A stretch of DNA of 63,305 bases, counting the filler, from Octopus bimaculoides (taxonomy: Eukaryota): assembly GCF_001194135.2 (NCBI RefSeq). It is 8 parts of 6 records of this genome, joined end to end, with 100 filler letters (N's around TTAATTAATTAA, not from the genome) between each part and the next. Parts side by side here need not be neighbours in the genome. Positions count along the whole stretch, not along the records: positions 41,278 to 55,176 come from NC_068996.1; positions 55,277 to 57,455 come from NC_068982.1; positions 57,556 to 62,100 come from NC_068983.1; positions 62,201 to 63,305 come from NW_026432055.1; 4 more parts are not named here. The stretch is one strand, 5' to 3'. Positions 52,216 to 63,047 of the stretch are shown piece by piece. Every line of letters starts with the position of its first letter. Position 1 is the first letter of the stretch. The position numbers and the translations under genes are program-made. The notes under the pieces were generated by a model, which saw nothing but the letters and a program-made list of their open reading frames with translations, ran no database searches and was not told where the DNA came from.

Positions 52216-54686
52216 AAAGCGGTCTTTTGCCACTGTTGTATCTGTCTTTTGATGATGGTTGTCACTCTGACAGATATTGTTATATTCTAAAGTTGTCAAT
52301 AGAATAGTTCTATCTAGCACTGTATGACGCCCCTGTCGTACAGTGTTATTATCCTCAAAAGGCTAGATCATTATAATGTCCACTCAGTATCACAATATAA
52401 TTACTATATCAGTACAGACACAACTATCAACACAGTCTACACATACTCTTGACCTTCGACCTCGTCATGTTGACTGGCAACTGGTCCATTTATAATGGCT
52501 GGTTACTACCACTTTCACTATACAACATCTACATCTCCACTTTTAATTCTTTTATTTAACAATCAATTTCTTTTATTCACACTACCTCCTCCTTTTACTA
52601 GGTTTTCAACTTCCTTGTCCATGCTTGGCCAGTATATGAAACTTTGCATCAGCACTTTTATTCTAGAGATGCTTGGGTGTCCCACATGGAACTCTTTTAG
52701 CATTCTCTTCTGCAATGTCTGTAGTATGACCACTCTCTGGGCGTCCATTAGTACACCATCACATATAGAGTACACGCTCACATCTTGGTGGTTCTTTGCA
52801 TCAGACCTTTCTTTATTTCCTTTTGTTGACCACAGTTTACTTTTTGTCTAATTAATAAATTTGTAATTTTCCATATTTTTTTTATTATTTCTTCCAAAGT
52901 TACTGGCACTTCATGCACGATGTTCCACATCACTTTTTTTTTTGTTTCAGTTCATTGATCTCGTTTGTTTGTTTGACTGCTCTGTTTATATTATTGCACA
53001 AAGCGCTTATGGGTGTATCCCATAAATTAAATTTCTCCATACATTCGGTGCCAAGTAAATTCATGGATTTTTTTCAACACATAAACATTCACTTTTTTGG
53101 TTCGACCTTTGAACATTGTATTACAAACGCATTCACTCATGAAATATAATTTTCTTCCTATAGTACAGTACGCTATTTTGTTTGAACTACACAATTTTGG
53201 TTTACCCATTTGTTCCCATGTTTTCTCATTTATGATTGTGATATCATTTCCCATGTCTAATTGCATTCTGACACTAGTGTTTTCAATTCTCACATTCACG
53301 AATTTTCCATTGTAGTTACAACTTTTCCTGCAGACAAACTATTTATTTTTTCTTGTTTGTTCCATTTTCCTATCATTCTAGTTTTGCAGTGTGATTTTAT
53401 ATGTCCTGTAAACCCGCAGTGAAAACACTGCTTTTTTGAACGGACAATCCATACACATACCATACACGGATCTATATCCTGATATTTTTTCTGTTTTTCC
53501 TGCAACACTTTATTTGTCTTCTGACTATTTTGCACTGCTCTTATGTGGAAGCACTCTTTCCGTTGAAATGCTTCTGTGTCATGCCTTAATTTAAATATCC
53601 TGTCACACTCTTCCAATGTTGAATCCTGATTCATTTCCAGTTTTGATAGAATATCTGTTCGAATTTCTGCATCCTTTCTATCTGTCAAGCCTTGTGCAAA
53701 AATCAAACATTTCAAAGAATCTGGAATATGCCTGTATAAGTAGTGAAGTCTTCATCTTTGCTCTTTTCTATGTTTAAACATTTCCATCTAGTGTTAAACA
53801 GTGAACTTTTTTCACTGAACATTTGGCACAAAATGTCAACTGTGTTGGTGAAATTTATTTCGGATGCTTTTTTGGGCAATATGAAGTTACTATACTTCTC
53901 ATGCTCTGCTGTCGCTAGTTTTCTTAAAACTAGATGCATTTTCATTCCATCCATCGAGTCTTAACATTCTTTTTCAAAAATTTGTTCAAATCTTTGAAAG
54001 TAAACCTTGAAGGCTACTTCTTCTTCTGGGTCATATTTGAATTTGCTTATGGAATTTGCTAAATGTTCATGTGAAAACGTATTCTCCGGTTTGGTCATCA
54101 ACTTCATTAGTTGTAACATTTGCTACTGCAATCCTTCTTGTTGTTCTCATTCTTTGAGTTATTGTTGTTGCTGTTTTTGCAACTCACCTACCCCAGCTAA
54201 CAAGTCTTCCATATTTTATGATTTTCATAAGTTTGCACAAGATTTTTGTTTCTTTTTTGTTGAGGTATTCATTTTTCCACATGAATTAGTTTAAACTCGC
54301 CATGTGAATGTTTCTTTTTTTCACTCCATGTAAATTTGTTTTTCCTCATCACCACTGTTGCAAAACAGTCTTTTGCCACTGTTGTATCTGTCTTTTGACA
54401 AAAGGTTGTTGTTCTGACTGATATTGTTATATTCAGAAGTCGTCAATAGAATAGTTCTATCTAGCACTGTATGACCCCCCAGTCATACAGTGTTATTATC
54501 CTCAAAAGTTTGGATTGTTATAATGTCCACTCAGTACCACAGTATAATTACTATATCAGCACTGAAATGACTATCAATACAGTCTACACATACTCTTGAC
54601 CTTTGACCTCATGGTGACCGGCTACTGGTTTATTTGGCGCCTATCATTTTTTTACCAGGAGGGGTGTACAGGTTCACTACATAACA
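52210..54686 (-). mobile_element. Internally deleted Ty3/Gypsy LTR retrotransposon with both LTRs
   Basis: Direct repeats ~52210-52527 and ~54356-54686 with TG..CA ends. PBS-like TGGTGATGAGG at 54354-54344. Gag with CCHC knuckle, protease and integrase zinc-binding remnants; no RT or RNase H. Confidence 0.9.
52590..54290 (-). pseudogene. gag-protease-(deleted RT/RH)-integrase N-terminal remnant
   Basis: LVLRKL..EHEKYSNFILPK; CFHCGFTGHIKSHC; QLDMGNDITII (DTG-like); EFHVGHPSISRIKVLMQSFIYWPSMDKEVE. Confidence 0.85.
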
Positions 54687-54699
54687 ATGTATATACAAT

Positions 54700-54975
54700 T
54701 AAATGAAGAAAAGAAAATGGAGAGTAGGAAGTTAGCAATTATTATTAAGAAATTATTCACCTTTACTTCTTACAGCTGTTTCAATTAATATTCAATAATC
54801 TAATTACAAATCTGTACATTAAATTTGCATTAATGTGATGTGAGCATAATTTCATCAGAGGAAAAGATGTACCTTGAGATGTTATATTGAAATGGCTGTA
54901 AGAAGTAAAGATGACCAATTTGTTAATTATGAATAATTGTTAACTTCCTACTCTCAATTTTCTTTTCTTCATTTA
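54700..54975. mobile_element. Imperfect long fold-back (~90-bp arms)
   Basis: aaatgaagaaaagaaaatggagagtaggaagttagcaattatt..ctttacttcttacagc is the inverse of gctgtaagaagtaaag..aataattgttaacttcctactctcaattttcttttcttcattt. Confidence 0.75.
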
Positions 54976-55447
54976 CCTTGATATAAACAATATGCTTAAT
55001 ATATACTTATTGTTTTAAGGGAATTTCATTCCCCAACAATACAAGGTATAGTATCAGTATTTCCTTGGATGTAACCATCCCTTTACGAGGTTAACATATC
55101 CTCTAATTAAATTTATATATATATATATATGTTTTTTACAGCTGAATGCCCTTATATGTATATGTATATGTATATANNNNNNNNNNNNNNNNNNNNNNNN
55201 NNNNNNNNNNNNNNNNNNNNTTAATTAATTAANNNNNNNNNNNNNNNNNNNNNNNNNNNNNNNNNNNNNNNNNNNNCTAAAGGAGACTACGGCAGCGGTA
55301 CTGGAAATTAATAGTTATCGCCAAGCCAACATGGCAGTCCCAAAATTAGGACGAAAGCTGCCGTGAATTAGCTCCAAGAAGCCATCGCCTCTAGCTAGCT
55401 ATGTGACACACGAACCTGTGTCCTTTATAACCTTCGAACAGGGGAGG

Positions 55448-56047
55448 TCAGCAGTGCTGTGCGTGAGAAGACCTAGCAAGCCAATTGAGACTTAAATCCA
55501 AGGCCTCTGCCAGGGGTGTAGCCAGCCCACTTATGCATACCTTTCCTTCTTTGGACACTAAACTCTGCTTGCGAAGACCTGTTGAGGCAAGTGAAATCAA
55601 AACCGAACTAAATTCGACGACTGGCACCCATGCCAACGTCGTCTCCTTCATTGGACATGAAACTCAGCTTGCGAAGACTTATAGGGGCAAGCGAAAGCGA
55701 AATCGGGATGGCACCTGTGCTCAGCGTCGCCTTTCTGGCACTTGTGCCCGTGGCATGTGTGAGGACTTTCGAGCGAGATCGTTACCAGTGCCCCTGGACT
55801 GGCTCTTGTGCAGGTAACACATAAAATAAACCATTTGAGCGTGGCCGTTGCCAGTACCGCCTGACTGGCCTTAATGTGGGTGGCACATAAAAGCACCCAC
55901 TACACTCTCAGAGTGGTTGGCGTTAGGAAGGGCATCCAGCTGTAGAGACTCTGCCAAATCAGATTGGAGCCTGGTGTAGCCATCTGGTTTCACCAGTCCT
56001 CAGTCAAATCATCCAACCCATGCTAGCATGGAAAGCGGACGTTAAAC

Positions 56048-56098
<51 letters not shown>
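55448..56098 (+). mobile_element. RTE LINE 3' end/3' UTR, same family as 47955-49360
   Basis: High similarity to 48630-49340; ends cggacgttaaac(gat)n. Confidence 0.88.
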
Positions 56099-56127
<29 letters not shown>

Positions 56128-56524
56128 TACAGGAAGCTAGCTGGTTGCTATAGCAACACTTTTCTGCGCATGTCCACTCCACACATGCTCACACACATGC
56201 ACATTGGCAACATTCATCGATTTCTTGAAAATGGAGTCATAACCTTGAAATATTGAATACAAGGTAAGTCTACATTAATTCACATATTTGTTTTCTTGTG
56301 ATTTACCTTGCATTTACTTCATATTGTTTTATCGATCCTTTACACAATATTTGATATTTTATATTTGATATTTGATATATTATATATGTAAGGCATAATA
56401 TGTCATATATGTATGTATATTGTTNNNNNNNNNNNNNNNNNNNNNNNNNNNNNNNNNNNNNNNNNNNNNNNNNNNNNNNNNNNNNNNNNNNNNNNNNNNN
56501 NNNNNNNNNNNNNNNNNNNNNNNN

Positions 56525-56546
56525 TCTGTGACCTCATCAGTGGTCC
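56525..56546 (-). ncRNA. 5' half of hammerhead (mirror copy), rest lost in gap
   Basis: Minus strand GGACCA-CTGATGA-G-GTCACAGA, then Ns. Confidence 0.55.
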
Positions 56547-57261
56547 TTTGCTTTCTTCTTTCCTATTTGTGCATCTTTCCTTACCAACGATCAGCCATTT
56601 TGTATTCCTATGTGTCTTTATTTGCGCATGCGTATCTCCCCATGTGTGTCTATGTTTAGTAAGTGCATGTGTGTGTATGGGGAGTGCCTGTATTATCTGT
56701 ATCCCCTGTTAATAAGGCTCACTCAACAACATAGAAGTTAAAATCTTGTCCACACATAGAACAGACGCAACGCTTAGACAAATTACAGAAGCTACACACA
56801 TAATAGAAGGTAAACCTAGCCTTAATAGGAAACTGGAATGGAACACTAGCACACACCCCTAACACACCACAACATATGACAATAAAATCCCCATAAACCG
56901 ATAACAATATGAACAAAATAATACAATACGTAGATAAACAAATAAAATTAAATAACTATATACGTTAACAAAATTTAATTAAATTAAATACAAACAAAAA
57001 AAGAAATAGAAAAAATATAATAATAAGTAGGTACAAACACATGAACAAATAAATAAAAACAAATTAAACGAACGTGAATAAACAGGAGATACAGATAATA
57101 CAGGCACTCCCCATACACACACACACACACTTACTAAACATAGACACACATAGGGGGATACGCATGCGCAAATAGAGACACATACAATAGGAATACAAAA
57201 CACAAAATGGCTGATCATTAGTAAGGAAAGACACACAAATAGGAAAGAAGAAAGCAAAGAA

Positions 57262-57301
57262 CCACTGATGAGGTCACAGAAGTGTGACGAAAGAACTCTG
57301 G
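57262..57301 (+). ncRNA. Minimal type I hammerhead ribozyme
   Basis: CCA | CTGATGA 57265-71 | G | GTCACA-GAAG-TGTGAC | GAAA 57289-92 | G-AA-C | TC (CUC site, cleavage after 57298) | TGG pairing with CCA. Confidence 0.72.
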
Positions 57302-57408
57302 CCGGAATAGGATTAATGTAAAATAAAGCTGAAGCAAATTAAGACCAAATATATAGTTGTGTTTTTATTGGCTAAACTGGCAACATGACCATCCCCAAAT
57401 ATAACAAT

Positions 57409-57455
<47 letters not shown>

Positions 57456-57555
57456 NNNNNNNNNNNNNNNNNNNNNNNNNNNNNNNNNNNNNNNNNNNNT
57501 TAATTAATTAANNNNNNNNNNNNNNNNNNNNNNNNNNNNNNNNNNNNNNNNNNNN

Positions 57556-57604
<49 letters not shown>

Positions 57605-58049
57605 TGTGTGTGTATGTGTATGCACATACACTACAAAATATTAAGATTTAAAACTTCCCTCGTCTATTACAAATCCAAACCTGTAAGCCCATGATTAAAC
57701 TCTCGTCGTAGTTTGCAAATTTAATTGCGAACGTAAAAATTGTAAACTTTTCGACTCCCTCTGTTATATTGGCTTTAAAGCTACTTAGCTTTTCCCCCCG
57801 GCTCAGCATGTATTTTCGAAATGGAATAATCGCAACGCATTGCATAGCATAACACAAAGCAAAACTAGACAGGAAAAGCATTAATAAACAGCATATCTAT
57901 CCTATAAGCAATTCCCTTCCTTCACCATCATAAAAAACTGACGATTAACGATGTAAGCAAATGTAATAGCACTTCACAATGTTAAAACGGACATACACTA
58001 ATATTCTCTCCCTCTCTGTCTCTCCCCTCTCTCTCGTTCTTTCTCTCTC

Positions 58050-58123
<74 letters not shown>

Positions 58124-58559
58124 AAAAAATACTCACATAACAACAACAACAGTAGTAGCAACAATAGCAACAACATCGTGACTTAGATTAACAGTAAAAA
58201 ATTACGCCACGTACATAAACACATAAGTGGTCAGGTCAATAAGTATCCGGACGGTTGCCATAGTAACGAAGCTAAAGCACGCAGAGTAAAACCGCTTGGT
58301 ACAGATTGACCTTGAACTCTGCTGTGCATGCGCACTAAGTTTTAGCGTTCTAACTTACTTACATACAAATTTACATGCATACATACATACGTACATAATA
58401 CATACATGCATGCATGCACGCATACATACATACATACATACATACAAACAAACATACATACATACATGCATACACACACATACATACATACATCCATACA
58501 TCCATACATACATACACACAACATACATACATACATACATCCATACATACATACACACA

Positions 58560-58592
<33 letters not shown>

Positions 58593-58596
58593 CATA

Positions 58597-59007
58597 GGGA
58601 CAAAGGTAGGTACCATCATAGAGGTCATCTGCCCTGCAGATATAAATATATCTTTGAAAATCAAAGAAAAAGAGGATATCTATGGACAAATGCTTCGAAA
58701 CCTTCAGCTTCTATATCCAGATTATGAATTAATATTCATACCGATAATAATTAGAGCATTAGGTTTTGTTAGTAAATGCTTAAAGGAAAATCTGGATAAA
58801 CTGGGATTTTCAGAAAGAGAAAGTCGACTGGCTAATTTGTAAAAGTGCAATCTGTGAGTGGAGCAGTAAAAATATGAAAGACTTTACTCAAGTTCCAAAT
58901 GTGAATTTGCCTGTGTTAGCTATATCCCAAAGATGGAACCTTTTATCTTTGTTGGAAACCGACTCCCTCTTGAGTGGAAGATTTATAATAATCAAAAAAC
59001 AGAAGAG
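58597..59007 (+). mobile_element. R4/Dong-like non-LTR retrotransposon 3' end (REL endonuclease) within a (CATA)n tract
   Basis: GTIIEVICPADINISLKIKEKEDIY..L..LYPDYELIFIPIIIRALG matches the restriction-like endonuclease C-terminus of R4-clade elements; flanked by CATA repeats on both sides. Confidence 0.7.
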
Positions 59008-59188
59008 ACATACATACATACATATATCGATCCATCCATCCATCCATCCATCCATTCATCCATCCATCAATCCATCCATCCATCCATCCATACATACATG
59101 AACGTACTGGAAAATACCAGCTTTGCTATAAATAGAAGTTCGACGAATTCCGAAGCCACAGAGAGCTCACTTAATTCTTGGCTTTTTT

Positions 59189-59269
59189 GCAGTAGATTTA
59201 ACCGAGGAAGGGGCCAAGTGTTTTTTCTTTTTTTAACTCAGATCCCGAAACCGGTATTAAGTTATCTGC
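59189..59269 (+). ncRNA. Type I hammerhead ribozyme variant (U4C core, long loop II, palindromic stem III)
   Basis: Stem I GCAGTAGATTTAA/TTAAGTTATCTGC (11 of 13 pair, counting G-U); CCGAGGA 59202-08; A; GGGGCC..GATCCC stem II; GAAA 59247-50; ACCGGT palindrome; GUA site, cleavage after 59256. Confidence 0.68.
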
Positions 59270-59802
59270 CATTCTTTTTGCGGCTTTCGNNNNNNNNNNN
59301 NNNNNNNNNNNNNNNNNNNNNNNNNNNNNNNNNNNNNNNNNNNNNNNNNNNNNNNNNNNNNNNNNNNNNNNNNNNNNNNNNNNNNNNNNNNNNNNNNNNN
59401 NNNNNNNNNNNNNNNNNNNNNNNNNNNNNNNNNNNNNNNNNNNNNNNNNNNNNNNNNNNNNNNNNNNNNNNNNNNNNNNNNNNNNNNNNNNNNNNNNNNN
59501 NNNNNNNNNNNNNNNNNNNNNNNNNNNNNNNNNNNNNNNNNNNNNNNNNNNNNNNNNNNNNNNNNNNNNNNNNNNNNNNNNNNNNNNNNNNNNNNNNNNN
59601 NNNNNNNNNNNNNNNNNNNNNNNNNNNNNNNNNNNNNNNNNNNNNNNNNNNNNNNNNNNNNNNNNNNNNNNNNNNNNNNNNNNNNNNNNNNNNNNNNNNN
59701 NNNNNNNNNNNNNNNNNNNNNNNNNNNNNNNNNNNNNNNNNNNNNNNNNNNNNNNNNNNNNNNNNNNNNTGTCTGACTGTCTGTATGTATGCATGCATGC
59801 GC

Positions 59803-59833
<31 letters not shown>

Positions 59834-59839
59834 TGTATG

Positions 59840-59872
<33 letters not shown>

Positions 59873-60667
59873 CTCTATAAGTCTGTGCCTGCAGACAGGC
59901 GCAGTCTAGCCGAATGGTTAAACAGTTCGCTTTGCATCCTCGACGTCGCGAGATCGATCCTATTTCATGGCATCTTGGTCAAAGATCATCTACAACAGCC
60001 TCGGGTCGACCAATACTTTGAGAGCGAAACTGAATAGACAGAAACTTTGTAGAATCTCACCAGGTGGATTGTACAAATGATTCAAAAGATAAATCTTGTT
60101 ATACACACAAAGTCACGCTGATTTAGCTATAGAATTACGCTAAAAGTACACGCGTCAGTGGGAATGACTAGCTTTGAAAGGAGCAGGTTATTCAGTCGAT
60201 CAAACAACTGAATTTAAATCGTCGAACGAAGGAGGTCCCCCTATAGGCTTCATCAGCCCCATCGCTGCCGCCACCACCATTCTCCACCGTCACCACCTTA
60301 TAACACTATATCACGTGATCATGTGCGTCTGTTTGCTGTGTATGTGTCATTATGAATGTTCATATATCCGTATGTATTATGTCTTTGTACCTATACGCGT
60401 GATCATGCTCAGACATACACGCATACATAAATACATACATACAAAAATGCTTAGACACACAATACATACATACATATATATAAATATATCTATATATATT
60501 TATAAATATATGCATACATACATACATACGTGCATACATCCATACACACAGATATTTGCCCATGTACCTGTATTTAATGTAAGAGCATGTCTATGCATAT
60601 ACATACAAGATTACCTACCTACCAACCTACATACATATATGTGCGTAAAAATAAATAAATACATGCA

Positions 60668-60718
<51 letters not shown>

Positions 60719-61233
60719 NNNNNNNNNNNNNNNNNNNNNNNNNNNNNNNNNNNNNNNNNNNNNNNNNNNNNNNNNNNNNNNNNNNNNNNNNNNNNNNNNN
60801 NNNNNNNNNNNNNNNNNNNNNNNNNNNNNNNNNNNNNNNNNNNNNNNNNNNNNNNNNNNNNNNNNNNNNNNNNNNNNNNNNNNNNNNNNNNNNNNNNNNN
60901 NNNNNNNNNNNNNNNNNNNNNNNNNNNNNNNNNNNNNNNNNNNNNNNNNNNNNNNNNNNNNNNNNNNNNNNNNNNNNNNNNNNNNNNNNNNNNNNNNNNN
61001 NNNNNNNNNNNNNNNNNNNNNNNNNNNNNNNNNNNNNNNNNNNNNNNNNNNNNNNNNNNNNNNNNNNNNNNNNNNNNNNNNNNNNNNNNNNNNNNNNNNN
61101 NNNNNNNNNNNNNNNNNNNNNNNNNNNNNNNNNNNNNNNNNNNNNNNNNNNNNNNNNNNNNNNNNNNNNNNNNNNNNNNNNNNNNNNNTCGGCCCTCCCA
61201 AAATACAAAAATTTCCTTCTCGACATTTTTCAA

Positions 61234-62100
61234 ATGGCGAGAAACACAATTTTGGAACGCTTATCTTGTTCTTTTGATGAGCATTTCCCGAGGCTTCAGA
61301 CGCCAGAAGAGAAAAAAGAACAGAGTAGTGCGTGCTCACACAATGACAGGAACGCTGTTGCTGTAAACGTCACAAAGACGGCGATTACAGCTACTAACAG
61401 CCCTCTCACCACCACCACCACCATGAAAACTATGTGTAAATCAGGATCGGAGGCGACTGCTACTAAAGCAGTCTCTCCATCTACTAACACCACCACCAAT
61501 ATGAAGAGAAACACCAGTGACAACAAAAACAACAACAACAACGACAAACAGGTTTCGAAGCAAACCGAGAATACTACTAAAGTTTTCTCACTACTTTCTA
61601 ATACCATTGACAACAACAAAAAGACAACCAAATTTGCCGATACATTGAAACAGAAAAAAACAATATTGCATTTCACAACACAGGATATACAAGCAACCAA
61701 ATCTCTTTTATGTGAAGAAGGACAACTTTTAAAATTAAAAATCCCAGAAAATTTAATGGACGATATAAATAAAAAAACAATTATATATAAAATATTAAAT
61801 GTAAAAACAAGAAAACCAGAGCAGCCAGCAACGGAGAAAATTGAAAGATGCCTGCGTCCCATATGGGCGCACAAAACGTATATAAACTGGTGGAGCAAAT
61901 TTGGTCACATCCAAGTTAGGTTCGCAAGCGAAGAGAAAGCAAAGGAGTTGTCCACGCTGATTCTTCGCTCCGAAGAGATATTATTGGTCCCCACGTACCT
62001 TGGTCAAAGGGTAACCAAGGTATTTATAAAAAATGTCCCTCCAGAGGTGGAACCACAATGGCTATTATCAGCCATTTGTTACCGCATGGAGGGAGAGACA
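61234..62100 (+). CDS. Uninterrupted ORF resembling ORF1 (gag-like, RRM-type) of an L1/Tx1 element; truncated by gap
   Basis: 289 open codons. T/N-rich low-complexity N-terminus, then IQVRFASEEKAKEL..VPTYLGQRVTKVFIKNVPPEV, like the 'V.l.NVPP' motif of Tx1-type ORF1. Confidence 0.55.
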
Positions 62101-62199
62101 NNNNNNNNNNNNNNNNNNNNNNNNNNNNNNNNNNNNNNNNNNNNTTAATTAATTAANNNNNNNNNNNNNNNNNNNNNNNNNNNNNNNNNNNNNNNNNNN

Positions 62200-62480
62200 N
62201 ATTTAGCATCCTCTTTCCATGCTGGCATGGGTTGGATGGTTTGACATGGAACTGGCTAGCAGCAAGCTGTCCAGATTCCAACTGTCTATTGTGGTATCGT
62301 TTCTTTGGCCGGATGGCCTTCCTAATGCCAACCACTTAACATAGTGTGCTGGGTGCTTTTTATGCATCACCAGTACAAGCACATTTATACAACACTGGCA
62401 CGGGTGCATTTATACGGCACTGTCATGGGTACATTAACGCAGTGCCAGCACAGATGCTTTTTAAGTGACACCACCACCTG
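62200..62480 (-). mobile_element. RTE-type 3' tail fragment
   Basis: ttccatgctggcatgggttggatgg..ggatggccttcctaatgccaaccact..gggtgctttt is the reverse complement of the RTE tail. Confidence 0.7.
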
Positions 62481-62810
62481 AAGGACAATATATATATATA
62501 TATATATATATATANNNNNNNNNNCTCTCTCTCTCTCTCACTTTCTCGTCGAAACGCCGGTGTTAAAACGTGGGTAGCTGATGAAGTAGAATGTTCTCTA
62601 TGTGGCTCGTGTGTTCTCGTCTACGTTTGTTTGCAATGTCCTGTACCCAGATATGCACCTATACATACAGGTGGATGTCGGTATGCACATACCTGTACGT
62701 ATATATGCATATACTCATTACTTTTGTTTATATATATATATATATAAAGCAAACCTATCAAGAATGAATTTATGATGACTACCGGAAACAACTGTTAAAC
62801 TTACTACAAT

Positions 62811-62870
62811 AAAGAAAAATATGTAACTACTATCAGGACAGGATCTGATAGTAGTTACATATTTTTCTTT
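62811..62870. repeat. Perfect 26-bp hairpin with 8-nt loop
   Basis: aaagaaaaatatgtaactactatcag-gacaggat-ctgatagtagttacatatttttcttt. Confidence 0.92.
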
Positions 62871-62899
62871 GCCAGCATGGAGCATGGACATTAAATGAT

Positions 62900-62950
<51 letters not shown>

Positions 62951-63047
62951 CTTATACAAACATACATGTACATACACAACAAACGTGCACACATACATAA
63001 CTGTATATGTACATTAGGATGGAGGGAAATAAAGAAGTGGGGAGAAT

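Larger units (their letters stand above)
56525..57400 (+). mobile_element. 5'-truncated Penelope-like element: inverted pseudo-LTR + GIY-YIG C-terminus + pseudo-LTR
   Basis: 56716-56862 reads GSLNNIEVKILSTHRTDATLRQITEATHIIEGKPSLNRKLEW..* (PLE GIY-YIG tail-like). 56525-56710 is the reverse complement of ~57081-57281. Both arms carry hammerhead sequence. Confidence 0.8.

Noticed and set aside
68-61277. Dozens of long ORFs made of HT/YI/CV/LS/ER dipeptides, poly-L/S, or X runs
   Set aside because: They are translations of (CA)n, (TA)n, (GA)n, (CATA)n and (TAG)n microsatellites or of N gaps; no coding signal.
62541-62600. GAAAC preceding CTGATGA as a circularly permuted (type II) hammerhead
   Set aside because: Stem I cannot form and stem II pairing is poor.
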